Source of the DNA: Planctomycetota bacterium
GTDB taxonomy: Bacteria; Planctomycetota; UBA11346
Direction of reading: 5' to 3'
Length of the DNA: 49,106 nt
Assembly (NCBI GenBank): GCA_038213805.1
Contig: JBBQSO010000038.1
Location: forward strand, 1-49,106
The position numbers and the translations under genes were made by a program. Positions 37,088 through 45,660 of the stretch are shown piece by piece. Below the pieces are notes generated by a model, which saw only the letters and a program-made list of their open reading frames with translations, had not been told where the DNA came from and did not search any database. The first letter of the stretch is position 1; every line of letters begins with the position of its first letter.

Positions 37088-37233
37088 TTGGCCCCGAGCT
37101 TCCCGGCCAGCGGCTCGGCGCAAATCGTCGTCGGCTGCCACTGCCGCAGCAGTCCGGCCGTCTCCGCGCGCCACGCAGTTCATGGTTTGCATCATCGATC
37201 CGTGGTCGGCATGGTTCGCGCCAGGGAGCCGTC

Positions 37234-37779
37234 ATGTCCACATCCACGACCAGCATCGCCACCGCCCAGACCCTCGCCACCCGTGCCCATGCCGGCCAGC
37301 AGCGCGATGACATCGGCGATCCATACATCGTGCATCCAACGCGGGTGGCCGCCCGACTGGCCCGACGCTTCCCCGACGAGGCGGCGCTAACCGCCGCCGG
37401 CTGGTGCCACGACGTCATCGAGGACTGCCCGCAGATCGCCCGTGACGAACTGCGCGCCGCCATCGGTGACGATGCCTTCGCCATCGTCTGCGAAATAACC
37501 AACCCCAGCAAGCAGCACGCGGAGCGACCACGGGCCGAGCGCAAGGCGATGGACCGGGCGCACATCGCCACGATCAGCCGCCGGGCGCGCTGCCTCAAGC
37601 TGGCCGACCGCGCCGACAACCTGCGCGATGGATGCGCCTGCCCGGACAAGGAGTGGCTCGCCACCTACGTCCGCGAGTCGCGCCTGCTTGCCGAAGCCCT
37701 GCGCGGCACCGACCCCGAACTGGAGCAGGACCTCCAGGCCGCCCTCGCCGCCGCGGCTCAGGCCGCTGGCATCGACTGA
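37234..37779 (+). CDS. HD-domain protein (Mesh1/small alarmone hydrolase-like, HD_4)
   Basis: HAGQQR...PYIVHP..VA, HDVIED, KLADRADN; GGAG RBS. Confidence 0.85.
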   Translation: MSTSTTSIATAQTLATRAHAGQQRDDIGDPYIVHPTRVAARLARRFPDEAALTAAGWCHDVIEDCPQIARDELRAAIGDDAFAIVCEITNPSKQHAERPRAERKAMDRAHIATISRRARCLKLADRADNLRDGCACPDKEWLATYVRESRLLAEALRGTDPELEQDLQAALAAAAQAAGID

Positions 37780-37788
37780 ACCAGAGCC

Positions 37789-37887
37789 TCCCACATCACC
37801 ATCCAGGGAGCCGCGCCGATCAAGGCGTGGGTCCACGGTATGCCGATCGCGGACGACACCGGCGCGCTGGTGACCCTAGAAAACGCA
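37789..37887 (+). pseudogene. Possible 5' remnant of rtcB (RNA ligase)
   Basis: Translates as SHITIQGAAPIKAWVHGMPIADDTGALVTLENA, resembling the RtcB N-terminus (APVKMWTKGVPVEADARQQLINTA); no start codon, truncated. Confidence 0.35.
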
Positions 37888-38000
37888 GATGAACAGGAGG
37901 ACCAGAGATACCAGAGATACCAGAGGTAGAGGCTGGGGGTTATGGTTCGCTAGCAGATTCCACATTTGGTGGCACTGACGTCGCAGCACAAACTCTTTCC

Positions 38001-38072
38001 CACTCTGGTCACTCTGGTCACTCTGGTCACTCTGGTCACTCTGGTCACTCTGGTCACTCTGGTCACTCTGGT
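38001..38072. repeat. 9-bp tandem repeat (cactctggt)x8
   Basis: Perfect array; three inverted related units (accagagat x2, accagaggt) at 37901-37927. Confidence 0.95.
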
Positions 38073-38172
38073 ACTCAGTGTGAATCCCATTGCCGATTTT
38101 AGGGCGACAGTGCGTGGTCGATCGCAGACCTAAGGGGTTGCCTCGCGGCGCAGATGGCCAGCCACGCGGCCA

Positions 38173-38802
38173 GTGCACTCCTACGCCGTCATCGACTTTG
38201 AGGCCACCGGCCTTGGCCCGCCGGGAGACAGCATCATCGAGGTCGGGGCCGTGCTGGTCCAGGACGGCGTCATCGCCGGGACGTTCAGCGAGTTGATGGA
38301 CCCGGGGTTTCGCATCCCGCCGTTCATCACCTCGCTGACCGGCATCAGCAACGCCATGCTGCGTGGCCGGCCCAGACCGGAAGCGGTGATGCCGCGATTG
38401 CGCGACTTCCTCGGCGATCACGTGTGCATTGCGCACAATGCCGGCTTCGACCGCCGTTTCCTCGAAGCCGAGATGGTCATCGCGGGGCAATGCCACAAAC
38501 GTGCGTTCCTCTGCTCGATGCTGCTCTCGCGTCGGCTGTTCCCGGACGCCGACAGCCACAAGCTGGGCGCGCTGATGCATCTGCTCGACCTGGAGATGCC
38601 GGCCGGCATGCAGGCGCACCGCGCCCTGGCCGACGCCCTGGTGACGGTCGCGCTGTGGCAGCGGCTGATCGCCGAACTGCGCGAGCGCCTAGGCGGCCGC
38701 CAACCCGACCAGGCCCTGGTGGCGGCGGTCTGCCGGAAGCCCAAGGCGGCGGTCTGCAGCTACCTCGCGGCCATCGCGGGCTCGCCGAACGTCCCGGTCT
38801 GA
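38173..38802 (+). CDS. DEDDh 3'-5' exonuclease (DnaQ/Pol III epsilon-like)
   Basis: IDFEATG, AHNAGFD, HRALADA. Confidence 0.9.
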   Translation: MHSYAVIDFEATGLGPPGDSIIEVGAVLVQDGVIAGTFSELMDPGFRIPPFITSLTGISNAMLRGRPRPEAVMPRLRDFLGDHVCIAHNAGFDRRFLEAEMVIAGQCHKRAFLCSMLLSRRLFPDADSHKLGALMHLLDLEMPAGMQAHRALADALVTVALWQRLIAELRERLGGRQPDQALVAAVCRKPKAAVCSYLAAIAGSPNVPV

Positions 38803-38808
38803 CTCCGC

Positions 38809-39750
38809 TCAGCCGCCCAGCTTGCCGGCCTGTTCGGCGTAGTAGCCGTCCGGATGCTTCTTCAGGAACGCCTCAACCATCTTGGCGAATCGCGGGTCGG
38901 TGCGGCTGGCTGGCGGGATAGCGATGAGCTTCTGATACTCCTTGCCGATTGCATAGCCCGGATCCTTGCGCAGCTCCGTGGCGCGATCCTGGTAGGTCTT
39001 GTAGGCATCATGCCCCCGGTAGGCGGCAGCCATGACATCAGCTAGACGCCAGGCGCCGTAGCTGTCACCGGCGGTGGCGAGGCTGTCGATGGTCTTGTCC
39101 TGCTCGCCCTGCCAGGCGGTGAGGTACTCGCTGGTGGTCTTCGCCGCCTCCGAGTCGAGTTTGGCCAGGGCCTTCAGCGCACTGCCAACCTTGCCGGCCT
39201 CCGCCTGCCGCTCGAGCGTCACCACCTTGGGATCGGTCGATGGCCTGGCGAAGCGCGGCACCGGCGGGAACGATGGCTTCACCTTGGCCAACAGCCCGGT
39301 GATGATCTTCTCCTCGAGCGCAGCGGGATGCCCATGCCAGGCGATCCGCCCCTCGGGATCAAGGATGAATACATGCGGGATGCCGGTCACGCCCCAGGAT
39401 GTGCCGATCTCGTCGCCAACAGTGATCAGGTAGGGGATGGGCGTGGTCTTGACGAACTCTTCCAGTCCCCGGCTGCTTTCATCGGTGTGACCGATGACCA
39501 CCAAGCCCTGGTCGGCGTATTCCTCGTGCAGCTTGCGGATGTGTGGAATCGCCGCCTTGCACGGCCCGCACCAGGTGGCCCAGAAGTCGATCAGCACGAC
39601 CTTGCCGAGAAAGGACTCCAGCTTGACCGGACCCGTACCGGCCGGGTTGTTCAAGGTGCGCTTGACCACCAGGTCGGGCGGGAAGGTACCGACGGCGGCT
39701 TCGCCGGCGGCGAGGACGAAGGCGAGGCAGCAGAGGGCAAACAGGCGCAT
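38809..39750 (-). CDS. Exported TlpA-like redoxin with helical C-terminal domain
   Basis: Signal peptide; GKVVLIDFWATWCGPC; GIPHVFILD; GGAG RBS. Confidence 0.9.
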   Translation of the reverse strand: MRLFALCCLAFVLAAGEAAVGTFPPDLVVKRTLNNPAGTGPVKLESFLGKVVLIDFWATWCGPCKAAIPHIRKLHEEYADQGLVVIGHTDESSRGLEEFVKTTPIPYLITVGDEIGTSWGVTGIPHVFILDPEGRIAWHGHPAALEEKIITGLLAKVKPSFPPVPRFARPSTDPKVVTLERQAEAGKVGSALKALAKLDSEAAKTTSEYLTAWQGEQDKTIDSLATAGDSYGAWRLADVMAAAYRGHDAYKTYQDRATELRKDPGYAIGKEYQKLIAIPPASRTDPRFAKMVEAFLKKHPDGYYAEQAGKLGG

Positions 39751-39826
39751 GTAGACTCCGTGACCACTGACGCTATCTCGCGACCGTCCACCGGACAACC
39801 GGCACTGGGCCAGCCTGCGGCGCCGA

Positions 39827-40210
39827 TCAGGCGGCCGACGCGGACACCCGTGCCCGGCGGGCGGCGATAAACGAACGGATGGCGAGGATGAGGAAGCCGG
39901 CGCACAACACACAGGTCAGGCTGCGGGCAATCACGGCCAGCGGCCGCACGACTTCGCCGCCAGCGAGCAGGGTCGGCAGAGTCACCAGCCCACCAACGCT
40001 GCCGGCGATGCCGAGCAGGGCCAGCATGGCCGCGCCGTGCATGGCATGCTTGCGCAGGCCGGAACGCAGGGCGAGCAGACCCGCGATGAGGAAGAGGCCG
40101 CCAAGCGCCGCCGGAATCAGCATCGTCAGACTGGGGGAATCGCTCAGGCCTCGGCTGACCACACCCAAGACGATAAGCAGGACGGCGAGGACGATGGTGA
40201 TCAAGGGCAT
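39827..40210 (-). CDS. Small four-TM membrane protein
   Basis: Four hydrophobic helices, RKHAMH motif, RSFIAARR tail. Confidence 0.75.
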   Translation of the reverse strand: MPLITIVLAVLLIVLGVVSRGLSDSPSLTMLIPAALGGLFLIAGLLALRSGLRKHAMHGAAMLALLGIAGSVGGLVTLPTLLAGGEVVRPLAVIARSLTCVLCAGFLILAIRSFIAARRARVSASAA

Positions 40211-40272
40211 GGTCGCAGCGTGGACAGCGGCCGCGCCGACGAAGCGGCACCTGGGCCGGCCTCCACGCCCGG

Positions 40273-41181
40273 CTATTCTCCTATCAACTCGGAGATCGGT
40301 TTCCCCGTGGTCGGCAGCTCAACACCGATCAGCCGCGCGACGGTGGCGGCGAGGTCGAGTAGGTCGTGATGCGCATTCACCACCGTCCCCGGCTTGATCC
40401 CGGCGCCCAGGGCGAGCAACTCGACCTTGTGGCAGCCGGCACAGTCGTCGCCGTGATTACGGAAGCCATCCTTCACCCCGTCGAGGTGACGGCCATGGTC
40501 GTTGGTGATAAACAGCACGGTCTTGCCGGCATAGGCCGGGTCGGTGCTGAGGAACTCCCACAACCGGCCGATCAGCGCATCGCTGCTGCGGATGCCCTGC
40601 AGGTAGGCCTCCCATTTCCCGGAGTGGCCGGACGAGTCCGGCTCCTTAAAGTTGCTCAGCAGCAGGCGCGGGTGGTGCTCGCGCAGCACCGCCAGCAGGC
40701 GCTCGTAGGTCGCGGCGTCCTCACGGTAGCCAGAGCCGTTGCCGGCCTTGCCGCAATCGGTGCCGCACTGGAAGCGGCCATGCCAGGCCGGATCGACGGT
40801 GTCGGACAGGATGGCCAGCTTGTCCTTCGAGGTCACCAGCCAGGCGGTCTCCGGCGCGGCCCCACTGGTCTGCAGCCAGCGCTGGAACAGCGACGGGCTG
40901 CGCGGCAGCTCGCGCCCGCTGTTGTTGATGTCCTGGTACACGCCGGTGGCCAAGGCGGTGTGGCCAGCGTTGGTGTAGGTCGGGCCGTCGTTCGCGAAAT
41001 CGCTGAACCAGGCGCCCTGCGCCCGCAGCGCGGCACGCGCCGGGATGTTGGCGAGGGTCGGATCGCCCCAGGTCTCGCTCCAGCGCGGGCCGTCGACGAC
41101 GGCGACGATGACGTGCTCGACGGTGGCCGCGGACGCCAGGGCGGACAGGCAGACGAAGCAGAGGACGAGAAGGTGTCGCAT
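40273..41181 (-). CDS. Exported alkaline phosphatase/sulfatase superfamily protein
   Basis: VVDGPR, T.AGH...ATG, EPDSSGH, TNDHGR. Confidence 0.85.
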   Translation of the reverse strand: MRHLLVLCFVCLSALASAATVEHVIVAVVDGPRWSETWGDPTLANIPARAALRAQGAWFSDFANDGPTYTNAGHTALATGVYQDINNSGRELPRSPSLFQRWLQTSGAAPETAWLVTSKDKLAILSDTVDPAWHGRFQCGTDCGKAGNGSGYREDAATYERLLAVLREHHPRLLLSNFKEPDSSGHSGKWEAYLQGIRSSDALIGRLWEFLSTDPAYAGKTVLFITNDHGRHLDGVKDGFRNHGDDCAGCHKVELLALGAGIKPGTVVNAHHDLLDLAATVARLIGVELPTTGKPISELIGE

Positions 41182-41271
41182 GGCCGCAGCATGCGCGCCT
41201 GATCCGACGGGAAAGCCCGGTTCCAGTCAATCGCTCCTGGGCATCGCAGTCGCCGCCGCTAGCGTGCCGCC

Positions 41272-42873
41272 ATGCTGTCCATCCTCTTCTTCTCCGTCCT
41301 CGCCATCATCGCCCTCGGCGCCGCCGTGGTCGTCGCCGGCCTGCCGCGCCCGGCGCGCGTCGCCCTGGTGGTGATGTCCGGCCTGCTCCTCCTCATCGGC
41401 TTCCTCATCGGCTCGTCCGTGGTCATCGCCGCCGATAAGACCGGCGTGGTGATGAAGCACTTCGGCACCCCGCTGCCGCCAGGCTCGATCATCGCCCGCA
41501 ATGGCGAGCAGGGTCCGCAGGCAATGATCCTGGGACCCGGCTGGCACTTCGGCTACATCCCCTTCATGTACGAAGTCAGCGAGGTCGACGTCGCACTGAT
41601 CGAGCACAACAAGCTTGGCTTCATCACCGCCAAGGACGGCAAGCCGCTGCCCGATGGCGAGATCTTCGCGCCCCTGTGGGCTTCGACCACCGACCTGCTC
41701 GACCCCGAGACCTTCCTGTCCAAGGACGGCTGCCGCGGGCCGCAGGCCACCGTGCTGACCCCCGGCACCTATCGCTACAACCCCAACCTGCATGACATCA
41801 AGACGATCGACGCCCTGAACATCCCGCCCGGCACTGTGGCGGTGATCACCGCCCGCACCGGCACCCAGCCGCCCGCAGGCGGCATGCTGGTCAACGGCGT
41901 CCCGCTGGTGCCCAAGGGCTGCCGTGGCATCTGGCTGGAGCCACTGCCGCCCGGCGCCTACTACCTGAACACCCAGGCCTATGCCCCAACCCTGATCAAG
42001 ACCATCCAGCGCGTCTACACCTACCAGCAGGCCCAGACCCGCTCGACAACCTCGAAGACGGCCACCGCCTCCGGCAACGACTGGTCGGTGACGGTGCGCT
42101 CGAAGGATGGCTTCTCCTTCCCCATCGACGTCCGCGTCGGCTGCGCCGTCGAGGCCAAGGACGCGCCCTACCTGGTCGCGCTGCTCGGCGATCCCGACAA
42201 GCGGGTCAAGGACGAACAAGAGGACGAGGAGCTCGAGGTGCTTGAGGCCAAGGTCATCCTGCCAGCCGTGCGGGCCATCTTCCGCAACGTCACCGAGACG
42301 ATGAACGCCCTGGAGTTCGTCGACAGACGCAGCTCGATCGAGAAGGAAGCGACCGAGCGCATGCGCGTCGAGTTGGCCAAGTTCCACGTCACCTGCGACG
42401 GCGTCTACGTCGGCAACATCCACCTCGATTCGTCAGAGGCCGGACGCATGCTGATCGCCACGCAGACCGACCGCGAGGTGGCGGTAAACCAGCAGATACT
42501 CTACGCCGAGCAGCGGAAGGCCCAGGAGTCGCGCGCTGCCTTCGTCAAGGCGCAAGAGGACGCCGAGCAGCAGCGCAACCTCGCCCAGGCGACCTTCGCG
42601 GTACAGGTGCAAGAGCAGCAGGCCCTGGCCCGCGCCGCCGAGGCCAAGGGCGAGAGCGACTACCAGATCATCACCGGCGAGGGGCGCGCCAAGGCTTACC
42701 GTGCCATGGTCGAGGCTCTCGGCCGCGAGCAGGTCGCGCAGTTGGAAATGCTCAAGCTGGTCGCCGAGGGCAAGATCCAGATCACCCCGCAGGTCATGGT
42801 ACAGGGCGGCGGCGGACTGATGGACGCCCTGGCCGGCACCCTGCTGCGACAGAACCTCAAGCCGGAGAAGTGA
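41272..42873 (+). CDS. SPFH/band-7 (flotillin-like) membrane protein
   Basis: Two N-terminal TMs, repeated G.Q...L.PG modules, VRSKDGF.FPIDV, coiled-coil tail. Confidence 0.85.
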   Translation: MLSILFFSVLAIIALGAAVVVAGLPRPARVALVVMSGLLLLIGFLIGSSVVIAADKTGVVMKHFGTPLPPGSIIARNGEQGPQAMILGPGWHFGYIPFMYEVSEVDVALIEHNKLGFITAKDGKPLPDGEIFAPLWASTTDLLDPETFLSKDGCRGPQATVLTPGTYRYNPNLHDIKTIDALNIPPGTVAVITARTGTQPPAGGMLVNGVPLVPKGCRGIWLEPLPPGAYYLNTQAYAPTLIKTIQRVYTYQQAQTRSTTSKTATASGNDWSVTVRSKDGFSFPIDVRVGCAVEAKDAPYLVALLGDPDKRVKDEQEDEELEVLEAKVILPAVRAIFRNVTETMNALEFVDRRSSIEKEATERMRVELAKFHVTCDGVYVGNIHLDSSEAGRMLIATQTDREVAVNQQILYAEQRKAQESRAAFVKAQEDAEQQRNLAQATFAVQVQEQQALARAAEAKGESDYQIITGEGRAKAYRAMVEALGREQVAQLEMLKLVAEGKIQITPQVMVQGGGGLMDALAGTLLRQNLKPEK

Positions 42874-42876
42874 CGC

Positions 42877-42999
42877 ATGCGGCTGATCCTGTTCGTCTCA
42901 GTGCTGGCCGTCCTGGCGTGCATCCTCGTGCTGGTCGCGGTGATCGCCGCCGGCCGGCGCAAGGACGGCTCGCGGCCGCGCGATGATCATCGCAATTGA
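42877..42999 (+). CDS. 40-aa single-TM small protein
   Basis: MRLILFVSVLAVLACILVLVAVIAAGRRKDGSRPRDDHRN; GGAG RBS; starts 3 nt after the SPFH stop. Confidence 0.55.
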   Translation: MRLILFVSVLAVLACILVLVAVIAAGRRKDGSRPRDDHRN

Positions 43000-43002
43000 C
43001 GG

Positions 43003-44754
43003 TTAGACCCCCTCCAGCAACGACGTCTGCCGCATGCCCTGCTCGGTACCCAGGACGCGGTCGACCAGGGCCTGGGCTTCGGCGACGTACCAGGCTCGGT
43101 CGATGACGGATACATCGCAGGCGGCCGGATCATCGAGCGGCACCGCGTGCGCTGCGACGGTGGAGCGCGACTTCCCGTCAGCCAGCTGCACGATCGGCTG
43201 ACCGCTCCGCCCGACCACCCAGCGCACCACGGCGGTATCGACCTCACGACCACCCCAGCTGAGATCACGGGCGCGACGCCACATGGCGAAATCTGCAGGG
43301 GCGACTGCTGCGGCAACAACTGCGGCGATAGCTCGACCATGCACCAGATGCTCGAGCGCGGCACGGGCGACGATCGGGGCGGCAGCGCGGCGGCTGGCGT
43401 CCTCATCATCGCCGCCGGCGAATCGTCCCTTGGTCTTGGCCACCGTCCCGTCAGCACCGAGGGCGATGTAGTCGTTGACCGACGTGCGCCACAACCGGCG
43501 GTAGGGCGTGCGCTCCAGCGACAGGCCTGTCTCGGCCTCCCACGCAGCAGCGGCGGTCTCGACCGGACCGCGCACCACCACGCCGTCGGTGTTGGCCGAG
43601 ACCAGTCGACCGCCGGCGCAGAGCACCCCGTCGATCAGCTGCAGCAGGCGTAGCTGGCCGGTGAGCACGACGCGCAGGGCGTCGGGCGGCGAAAACAGTC
43701 CGCTGCGCCGGTTGCCGAGCTGGCCATAGAGACTGTTGATCACCAGCTTCAGCGCCAGGCTGGCGACCTGGTCGCCGGCGCGCTTGGCAGCGAGACGCTG
43801 GCGCAGCAGATCGCCAATCCGGGCCGGGAAGTCGGGCAGCTGCGGCGGCGCGATGCCGTCGCCGGCGATCAACGAGGGATAGTACGACGCAACATCGAGA
43901 TCGAGCAGCGGCCCTTCCACCACCCCGGGCTGATCCGCCGAATGCAGGCCGCCAACGCCGCAGGACAGCTCCACGCCATCGACCGCCTGGTGCCAACCGG
44001 CCGCTGGCCGCAGCGACAAATGGCCGCGCTCGTTCCACGACACGGTACCATCGAGGATCGAGCGCATCGCCGCACCGACATCGTCCCGCCGGGCGTGGAA
44101 CCGGCCTGGGTCGCGCAGCAGTTGCCGCACCGGCAGCATCGCGGGCTCGACCGCCCGACGTACCTGATCGCGCCGCAACCCTTGCAACACCACCAGCTCG
44201 GCAAGCAGGCCGGTGCTCGCCAACCAGGCAGCATCCCCGATCCACGGATGCGCCGCCAACAAGCGTTCACGCACGCGCAGTTCGCGCTGCTGACCGGCGG
44301 CGAGGACGGCGAGACTGGCGGCCTGCCGCAGCGGGTCGGCGCCTGGCAGGGCCAGCCCGGCCCGACAGCAGGCGGCGTCCGCATCGCCCACCAGCACGCC
44401 GAGGTCGATGGTACGGCGCCAGCGGCGGGCGAGGCGCGGCAGGGCCTGCACCGCCTCGCGGGTCGGCGGCCATGGTCCGACCAGGGCCCGCTGCGCTGCC
44501 GGCGCAGCGGCGGCCAGGCCGGCGAGGAGCCGCTCGCCATCCCAGGGCGACAACTCACCCGGCGCCAGCGTCCATACATCGAGCCGGGGATCATCGAGCA
44601 GCTCCGCCGCCACCGGCCAGGGCAGCAGTCGCGTGCGGCCACCAGCGTACACGGCGCAGCCGTCGGGAGTGGGCAGGACAACGGCCTGGTCGGACACGGA
44701 CAGCCAGGGTGCGATCCGGCGTCGCGCGCCAAGCTCCGCTAACGTCCGCGCCAC
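43003..44754 (-). CDS. Family-B DNA polymerase, phage-type, with degenerate exonuclease region
   Basis: GGLHS, motif A DVASYYPS, motif B KLVINSLYG, motif C SANTDG, VNDYIA, KTKG, IDRAWY; C-terminal QTSLL. Start uncertain. Confidence 0.88.
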   Translation of the reverse strand: MARTLAELGARRRIAPWLSVSDQAVVLPTPDGCAVYAGGRTRLLPWPVAAELLDDPRLDVWTLAPGELSPWDGERLLAGLAAAAPAAQRALVGPWPPTREAVQALPRLARRWRRTIDLGVLVGDADAACCRAGLALPGADPLRQAASLAVLAAGQQRELRVRERLLAAHPWIGDAAWLASTGLLAELVVLQGLRRDQVRRAVEPAMLPVRQLLRDPGRFHARRDDVGAAMRSILDGTVSWNERGHLSLRPAAGWHQAVDGVELSCGVGGLHSADQPGVVEGPLLDLDVASYYPSLIAGDGIAPPQLPDFPARIGDLLRQRLAAKRAGDQVASLALKLVINSLYGQLGNRRSGLFSPPDALRVVLTGQLRLLQLIDGVLCAGGRLVSANTDGVVVRGPVETAAAAWEAETGLSLERTPYRRLWRTSVNDYIALGADGTVAKTKGRFAGGDDEDASRRAAAPIVARAALEHLVHGRAIAAVVAAAVAPADFAMWRRARDLSWGGREVDTAVVRWVVGRSGQPIVQLADGKSRSTVAAHAVPLDDPAACDVSVIDRAWYVAEAQALVDRVLGTEQGMRQTSLLEGV

Positions 44755-45596
44755 CAGCCCGGCGTGTGGCCGAAGGTGGTGCGGAAGGCATGGACGAAAT
44801 GGCTGGCGGTGGCGAAGCCGACCAGCGCGGCGACCTCGCCCACCGGACGGGTGCCAGAGCGCAGCAGCACCTCGGCATGGCGGAGCCGTTCGCGGCGCCG
44901 CCAGGCCGCCGGCGCCAGACCGGTGCGACGGCGGAACAGTCGTGTCAGATGCTCACGGCTGACCCCGCAAGTTTTAGCCACATCCGCGATATCGATCGAT
45001 CGGTCGAGATGCCGTCCGAGGATCGCCGAGGCCTGTTCGACGAGGTCGCGCTGCGGATCCGCCTGCTCGCCGCAGCCGGCCGCCAGGGCGCACAGCAGGT
45101 CGCAGGCGATCTGCGCCGAGGCGGCCACCGCGAGCCGGCGATGGCGCATGCCCGACCCCTCGGCCAGCCGCACCAGCCGATCGATCGCCGGAAGCTCCGG
45201 GTCGACAGGCAAGACGTGCCCGTGGGCGGCGATCAGGTCGTCGGCCATGGCCAGGGCAGCGGCGCCGCCGATGTTGGCATAGACGAAAGTCCACGGTTCC
45301 GGCGAATCATGTGCGGCCGCATAGCGCACCTGCTGGCCGAAGCGGAAGACCAGGCAGCGCCCGCGCGGCAGCGGCGTCCCCGGACCGCGCTGCTGCTGGC
45401 CCGTCCACACCGTGCCGCAGCCGGCGAGGGTGACCTGAACCGCGATGTGGTCGGGGGTGCGGCCGATCGCGGTATGCCGGTAGCGGCCCGGTCGGCCGGA
45501 TTCGCGGACGACGCAGGCGAGCACCGGCAGGCCACCACGATGGTCGACGCTGGAAAACAGAACGCCGGCAAGTGCCGACCCGCGCGTATCGATCAC
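44739..45596 (-). CDS. AraC-family transcriptional regulator
   Basis: VAKTCGVSREHLTRLFR...GFATASHFVHAFR..FG.TP double HTH. Confidence 0.92.
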   Translation of the reverse strand: MIDTRGSALAGVLFSSVDHRGGLPVLACVVRESGRPGRYRHTAIGRTPDHIAVQVTLAGCGTVWTGQQQRGPGTPLPRGRCLVFRFGQQVRYAAAHDSPEPWTFVYANIGGAAALAMADDLIAAHGHVLPVDPELPAIDRLVRLAEGSGMRHRRLAVAASAQIACDLLCALAAGCGEQADPQRDLVEQASAILGRHLDRSIDIADVAKTCGVSREHLTRLFRRRTGLAPAAWRRRERLRHAEVLLRSGTRPVGEVAALVGFATASHFVHAFRTTFGHTPGWWRGR

Positions 45597-45660
45597 ACTG
45601 ACGACATTAACATGCCGTCGCCGCGATGGGAGTGGCGTTGCGCGACGCTAGACTGCGGTC

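Noticed and set aside
38001..38072. Possible CRISPR array
   Set aside because: Contiguous 9-mers without spacers; no cas genes.
37876..38619. Minus-strand 247-aa ORF with SDQ repeats
   Set aside because: Antisense to the exonuclease; the repeats are a translation of the 9-bp array.
38173..44754. DEDDh exonuclease as an in-trans proofreader for PolB
   Set aside because: 4 kb apart, on opposite strands, with unrelated genes between; no supporting evidence.
43003..44754. Prophage or pipolin around PolB
   Set aside because: No integrase, att repeats, structural or other replication genes.
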